A stretch of DNA of 57,897 bases from a virus. Its lineage: Duplodnaviria > Caudoviricetes. Of this stretch, positions 54,111 to 57,897 are shown piece by piece. How positions within the stretch are numbered: position 1 is the first letter of the stretch; each line of letters opens with the position of its first letter. Below the pieces are notes generated by a model. The model was not told the origin of the DNA. It was given only the letters and a program-made list of their open reading frames with translations, and made no database searches. Where the stretch lies: positions 1 through 57,897 of the IMG/VR virus record IMGVR_UViG_3300027985_001099, one strand, 5' to 3'. The position numbers and the translations under genes are program-made.

Positions 54111-57100
54111 TCATATGGACCCGGTAGCTGATGAAATTATGACCAAGTCGCCGGCCAGGTCCTGGGCTGTTGCCGTTACCGAAGCCGCGATAGTGGCCGA
54201 GCCGGCGAGTTCGCGGTCCATGGTTACGTTGGCTGTTGCCGTTACCGAAGCCGTGACGGACGCTTGGGCTAGGATACCCGTGCTAAGCGTCCCCACGCTG
54301 TTGGCCTCCACGCTCGCGGAGGCCGGGGTCTCGTCGACAAGATACAGCGTGGCGGATGCGCTAGCTGTTGATCGCATCGGGTCAGCGGCGAGTTCATCCT
54401 CGAACAGCATAAACCCGCTGCTGGAGCCCGTAACGTACGCGGTACCGGCCAGTGAAATTTCGGTACGCAAACTGGCCTTGAGCACCTTGGCCGTAACGGT
54501 CCGGCTAGCCTTGAGGCTGATCGTAGTGGATAGCGTTCCGGCAGCAGAAGCTGAAGCCCGGAGGTCAACCAGGTTTTCATCGGTCCCGTATACCGTACCG
54601 AATACGGCGGGGGTGACGTGAACGGAAGCCATAAGGGCCGAGGTTTCCACGTACGCCTGGGCGATCTGGTAACTCTCGAGCAGGTCACGCTCCGCGGTGA
54701 TCTTGATGTTGAGCGCCACGGCTCGGTTCATCACGTTATCTGGTATCGTGACACTTGAGCCGGCAATATCTGTCGCGATGTAGGCGTCACGAACCCACCC
54801 ACTTGGGTACAGCACGTCTACCCGGCAGGTTGTCGTAACGCCCAGCTCAGATGCCGTCCCGGCGTCCTCCCACGACATCGCCTGGTTAATCTCGGTAAGC
54901 CGATTACGCGTGGCCCAGGAAATCTCGACGATCGGACTAACGCTCCCCTGAGGCCATAGGACCCCGTTAACCCGCAGCCCAGCCGGCCGATACGGCAGCG
55001 CTTGCCGGGCGTCGACGTCGTAGGATAGTACCGGGGCGTCGTCGAAGGGCAATTGCCCTAATGCGGTATTGGTGAGCATTTTGTATTTGGCGGTTTCTCC
55101 GGCGACACGTGCCGTCTGGTCGCGGGCGGGCTGGTTTGCCGTGCCGAATATCCATATCGGCGTTCCTGCTGGCCAAGACTGCGGGACGGTATCAAACAGC
55201 CCTCGCAGTATGGTATGCCCGCCGGAATCGTACTGCAGAACCTGGCATAACTCAGCTGGCGGCTGGCAGGCGGTACAGGTCAAACGGTCCAACGGCAAAG
55301 CCCAGGCGGGCAGGCCGGACGCGGCTAGGCTTTCGGCCGCCTGTTCAGGCCGTATCTTGGCGCCGCCCTGTAAGTACTCCCCGTCGACCAACTCTATGGA
55401 CAACACGGGGTCCCGGGTTAGCGCTACCGCATAGATGGTGACCGATGAAAATCCGGTATTGAGCGTCTCCCAGGATAGACCGAAATCGGATGTGAGCACG
55501 ACCGCGCCGGCACCTGATGAAACCAGTACATGGTCCCCACTGCGGCATATGGCGGCGCCATACACACTGTTGACTCCGGGTATGGTGGCGGACACCGTCC
55601 AGGTGGCGCCAAAATCCGTTGACCGGCTACAGCTTGAGCCGGATAGCGCTAAGGCAAAACTTCCATCACTAGATATCAGGGTCTTGCTAATGCTGCTGGT
55701 GCCGAAAGGCGTGTCCGCGGATAGTTGCCAAGTACTCCCCCCGTTGCTTGACGTGTAGATCTTGCCATTACCGCGCCCCATTAGCAGGTACTGGCCGTCA
55801 CCGCTAGCCGAAAGGGACTTGACCGGAGAGGTGTCTCCGATCTGAACAGCGCTGCCCCATGTTGCGCCACCATCGGTTGAGATGGCCACCCGGCCATCGT
55901 TAGACCCCAGCACCGCAATGGCGCCGTCGTCAGATATGGCAACTGAGGTTATGTTTACGCCCCCGAATGGGTTAGACACCAATGACCCCCAGGTGCTGCC
56001 TTGGTCCGTCGACCGGGCTAGCTTCGTCGACCCAGCGGCTATCGCGAACGCGCCGCCCGAGTCCATGGCCACCAACTGTACCGCTGTGGTGCCGAATGGC
56101 GTAGTGGGCAGAGTCCAGTCCACTCCGCCGTTGCTGGACACGCCTATTTTGCCGTTGTACGCCACCGCGATTATTAGCGACCCGTCAAGGGTCACTGTTG
56201 CGGCGTACACTGCGGTTGTTAGGCCCGTAGTTTTCTGGGGGCCCCACGTAGCCCCTAGGTCGTCAGACCTGATGGCTTTGCCCCCGCCGCTGATCACTAT
56301 CAGGCTGGCGTTTATCGCGGATAGCGCCGCGTCGAGACGGGGTGCGGAACCGGCGTATTCGCTTAGGTACGGGGCAAGGCAGTGCATCGGCCAGGTTGCG
56401 TCTGCAGCCAAGTAGTGCCCGTAGATGTCAATGGCTGACACAGGTACCGTGAACCCGCCGGGATCCTGGGCAACCGGACCGGTAGCCTCGAGTACCTCAG
56501 CCAGGTACCGCCCGTCGGTAAGCGTTGTTCCCCCACCGATAACAAGCAGGTCTCCCGCCAGGACGGTGCGTACGCCAACGACAGCGCCTACGGTAAGCGT
56601 GCTGGCTGACTCTACGGATAAACCGGCCCCAAGCAGGGCGTATAGGCTGGGCGAGAAGTTTCCCAGGGAAAAGTACCCCGGGGTGCCAAACTCGTCCGCC
56701 CCCTCTACGGCGAGCTCGTACCCAGAGCAACTAGCCTGGTCGGTCGCGCCGGCGAGTATCACATACTCGTTTTCTGGGGCCAAGGCGGCGGCAACGTCCT
56801 CACCCTTCCATGCGGCAAGCAAGACGAACGGGGCGCTGAGCACCAAGGTGTACCCCATCGGTAAGGGGGCCTCATCACCGCTGCGCCACAGGCTCTGCTG
56901 GGGTATGAAATAGCTACCCATGCAGGATGAGTAAACGTCCTCAAGCAAAGTTAGCTGCACCGGCATGGCCGACGGCTTTCCGTAGGATACTTCGCCGACA
57001 CGCATGACCACGTCGGTGAAGCCCAGGTCAGGGCGGGAAAATTTGACTACGTCACCCGGCATAAGGTACGCAAACTGGCGTTTTGCCTTAACGTTCGCGC

Positions 57101-57797
57101 CAAGTAGTGGTGTGACTGAGGTTTTCAGCTCACGCATGGCAACTCGGGCGGCTAGCGCCGGATTCCGGATCCCGGGGAACTCTTTAGGGCTGCTCACGAT
57201 GGCACCCTGGGCAGATATGTTGGCGTTATCGTGGACCGATATGGTCTCGGTTTCTTCGTTGTCCGGATTTGTCCAGGATAATACAATCTCGTTCACGACC
57301 TCCGCCGTGCTCCGCCGTTGGATATTGTCCACAGAGCAATTGGATAAATTCAGCTCGGGTAAGTTATCGATGTCATAGTCGTTGCGCAGTAGTTTTAGTC
57401 GCAACTTTCCTGTCAACGGGTTTGGGCTAAGGGTTGCCGCGATATGATTGAGCACCCCGTTGATGAAATCCTCAATAGTCGCCTGCTGCACCCACATTAT
57501 GGACATGCCGAAGGACTCGGAAAAAAGCGTATCCGCAGCCGCCTTAAACGAGTCGAGGTCCAGCTTGGCTGCCGGCAGTTGCATCCCCCAATCGGTATGC
57601 GTCAGGCATTCATGAATTATGTGCGCCGGGTTGGCGTCGAGGCCCCCTATTTGGGATTTTGACCGGTACCACTGGCGGGGTATGCGCCTCACAGTAACCC
57701 AGATGTCTTTTAGATACGGGCTATTTGTGGACCAGTAAAAACCGCGCTCATCACGCAATTCTAACGCTCTAGCAATGGCGTTCTGAAAAAAACCCAT
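54111..57797 (-). CDS. Tail tip protein, C-terminal half, with inserted Asp-box propeller and Ala/Ser/Thr-rich repeat tail
   Basis: NSPYLK, DANPAHII.ECLT..DWG, LKLLRNDY, RGLFDTVP and RQALPYRPA motifs; multiple S.D.G.TW boxes; own GAGGTG RBS. Confidence 0.85.
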   Translation of the reverse strand: MGFFQNAIARALELRDERGFYWSTNSPYLKDIWVTVRRIPRQWYRSKSQIGGLDANPAHIIHECLTHTDWGMQLPAAKLDLDSFKAAADTLFSESFGMSIMWVQQATIEDFINGVLNHIAATLSPNPLTGKLRLKLLRNDYDIDNLPELNLSNCSVDNIQRRSTAEVVNEIVLSWTNPDNEETETISVHDNANISAQGAIVSSPKEFPGIRNPALAARVAMRELKTSVTPLLGANVKAKRQFAYLMPGDVVKFSRPDLGFTDVVMRVGEVSYGKPSAMPVQLTLLEDVYSSCMGSYFIPQQSLWRSGDEAPLPMGYTLVLSAPFVLLAAWKGEDVAAALAPENEYVILAGATDQASCSGYELAVEGADEFGTPGYFSLGNFSPSLYALLGAGLSVESASTLTVGAVVGVRTVLAGDLLVIGGGTTLTDGRYLAEVLEATGPVAQDPGGFTVPVSAIDIYGHYLAADATWPMHCLAPYLSEYAGSAPRLDAALSAINASLIVISGGGKAIRSDDLGATWGPQKTTGLTTAVYAATVTLDGSLIIAVAYNGKIGVSSNGGVDWTLPTTPFGTTAVQLVAMDSGGAFAIAAGSTKLARSTDQGSTWGSLVSNPFGGVNITSVAISDDGAIAVLGSNDGRVAISTDGGATWGSAVQIGDTSPVKSLSASGDGQYLLMGRGNGKIYTSSNGGSTWQLSADTPFGTSSISKTLISSDGSFALALSGSSCSRSTDFGATWTVSATIPGVNSVYGAAICRSGDHVLVSSGAGAVVLTSDFGLSWETLNTGFSSVTIYAVALTRDPVLSIELVDGEYLQGGAKIRPEQAAESLAASGLPAWALPLDRLTCTACQPPAELCQVLQYDSGGHTILRGLFDTVPQSWPAGTPIWIFGTANQPARDQTARVAGETAKYKMLTNTALGQLPFDDAPVLSYDVDARQALPYRPAGLRVNGVLWPQGSVSPIVEISWATRNRLTEINQAMSWEDAGTASELGVTTTCRVDVLYPSGWVRDAYIATDIAGSSVTIPDNVMNRAVALNIKITAERDLLESYQIAQAYVETSALMASVHVTPAVFGTVYGTDENLVDLRASASAAGTLSTTISLKASRTVTAKVLKASLRTEISLAGTAYVTGSSSGFMLFEDELAADPMRSTASASATLYLVDETPASASVEANSVGTLSTGILAQASVTASVTATANVTMDRELAGSATIAASVTATAQDLAGDLVIISSATGSI

Positions 57798-57897
57798 TAG
57801 TCACCTCAGATTTACCCTTGGGAGAACGACGTTATTCCCCACATCTCGACTGTTTCCCACAGGTTGAATCCGGCTACGTCCGTAACCAGGTCTTGGC
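57754..57897. repeat. Terminal direct repeat, right copy
   Basis: Identical to 1-144. Confidence 0.95.

Noticed and set aside
57754-57897. Biological terminal repeat
   Set aside because: It falls inside tail genes and the gpA-type terminase implies cos ends; best explained as assembler overlap
1-57897. Integrase, ParA/ParB, protelomerase, CI repressor, tRNA genes
   Set aside because: No recognisable motifs among the ORFs; highly divergent versions among the small hypotheticals cannot be excluded without profile searches

Overview
Apparently complete, circularly assembled dsDNA siphovirus genome of about 57,753 bp: bases 1-144 are repeated exactly at 57754-57897. Gene content and order match the Chi-like phages (Casjensviridae). 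A leftward block runs DUF2800 exonuclease, DUF2815 ssDNA-binding protein, family A DNA polymerase, VRR-NUC, SNF2 helicase, TerS/TerL, lambda-type head genes, tail genes, then (across the window junction) holin and SAR endolysin. A divergent Prim-Pol primase-helicase, detached spanins and two divergent arms of small accessory genes complete it. Two features stand out. First, an intact-looking ColE2-type plasmid replicon: rep gene, ColE2 origin overlapping the rep stop codon, and an antisense-RNA promoter and terminator (48186-49463). Second, four near-perfect chromosomal-type parS centromere sites (15139, 17629, 18621, 27166), two of them inside essential coding sequences, although the genome has no recognisable parA, parB, integrase or CI-type repressor. 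Together they suggest a Chi-like phage-plasmid that replicates as a ColE2 replicon and borrows the host's chromosomal ParABS system; this is inference and untested. Other oddities: a structured repeat-flanked RNA-like locus (41746-42251), an exact 58-bp copy of the polymerase ExoIII-motif DNA inside an ASCH-like gene, a tail-tip gene split in two with an Asp-box propeller inserted in each half, and a fibre-like module with a 20-aa periodic scaffold between helicase and terS. Family assignments come from recalled motifs and synteny, not database searches.
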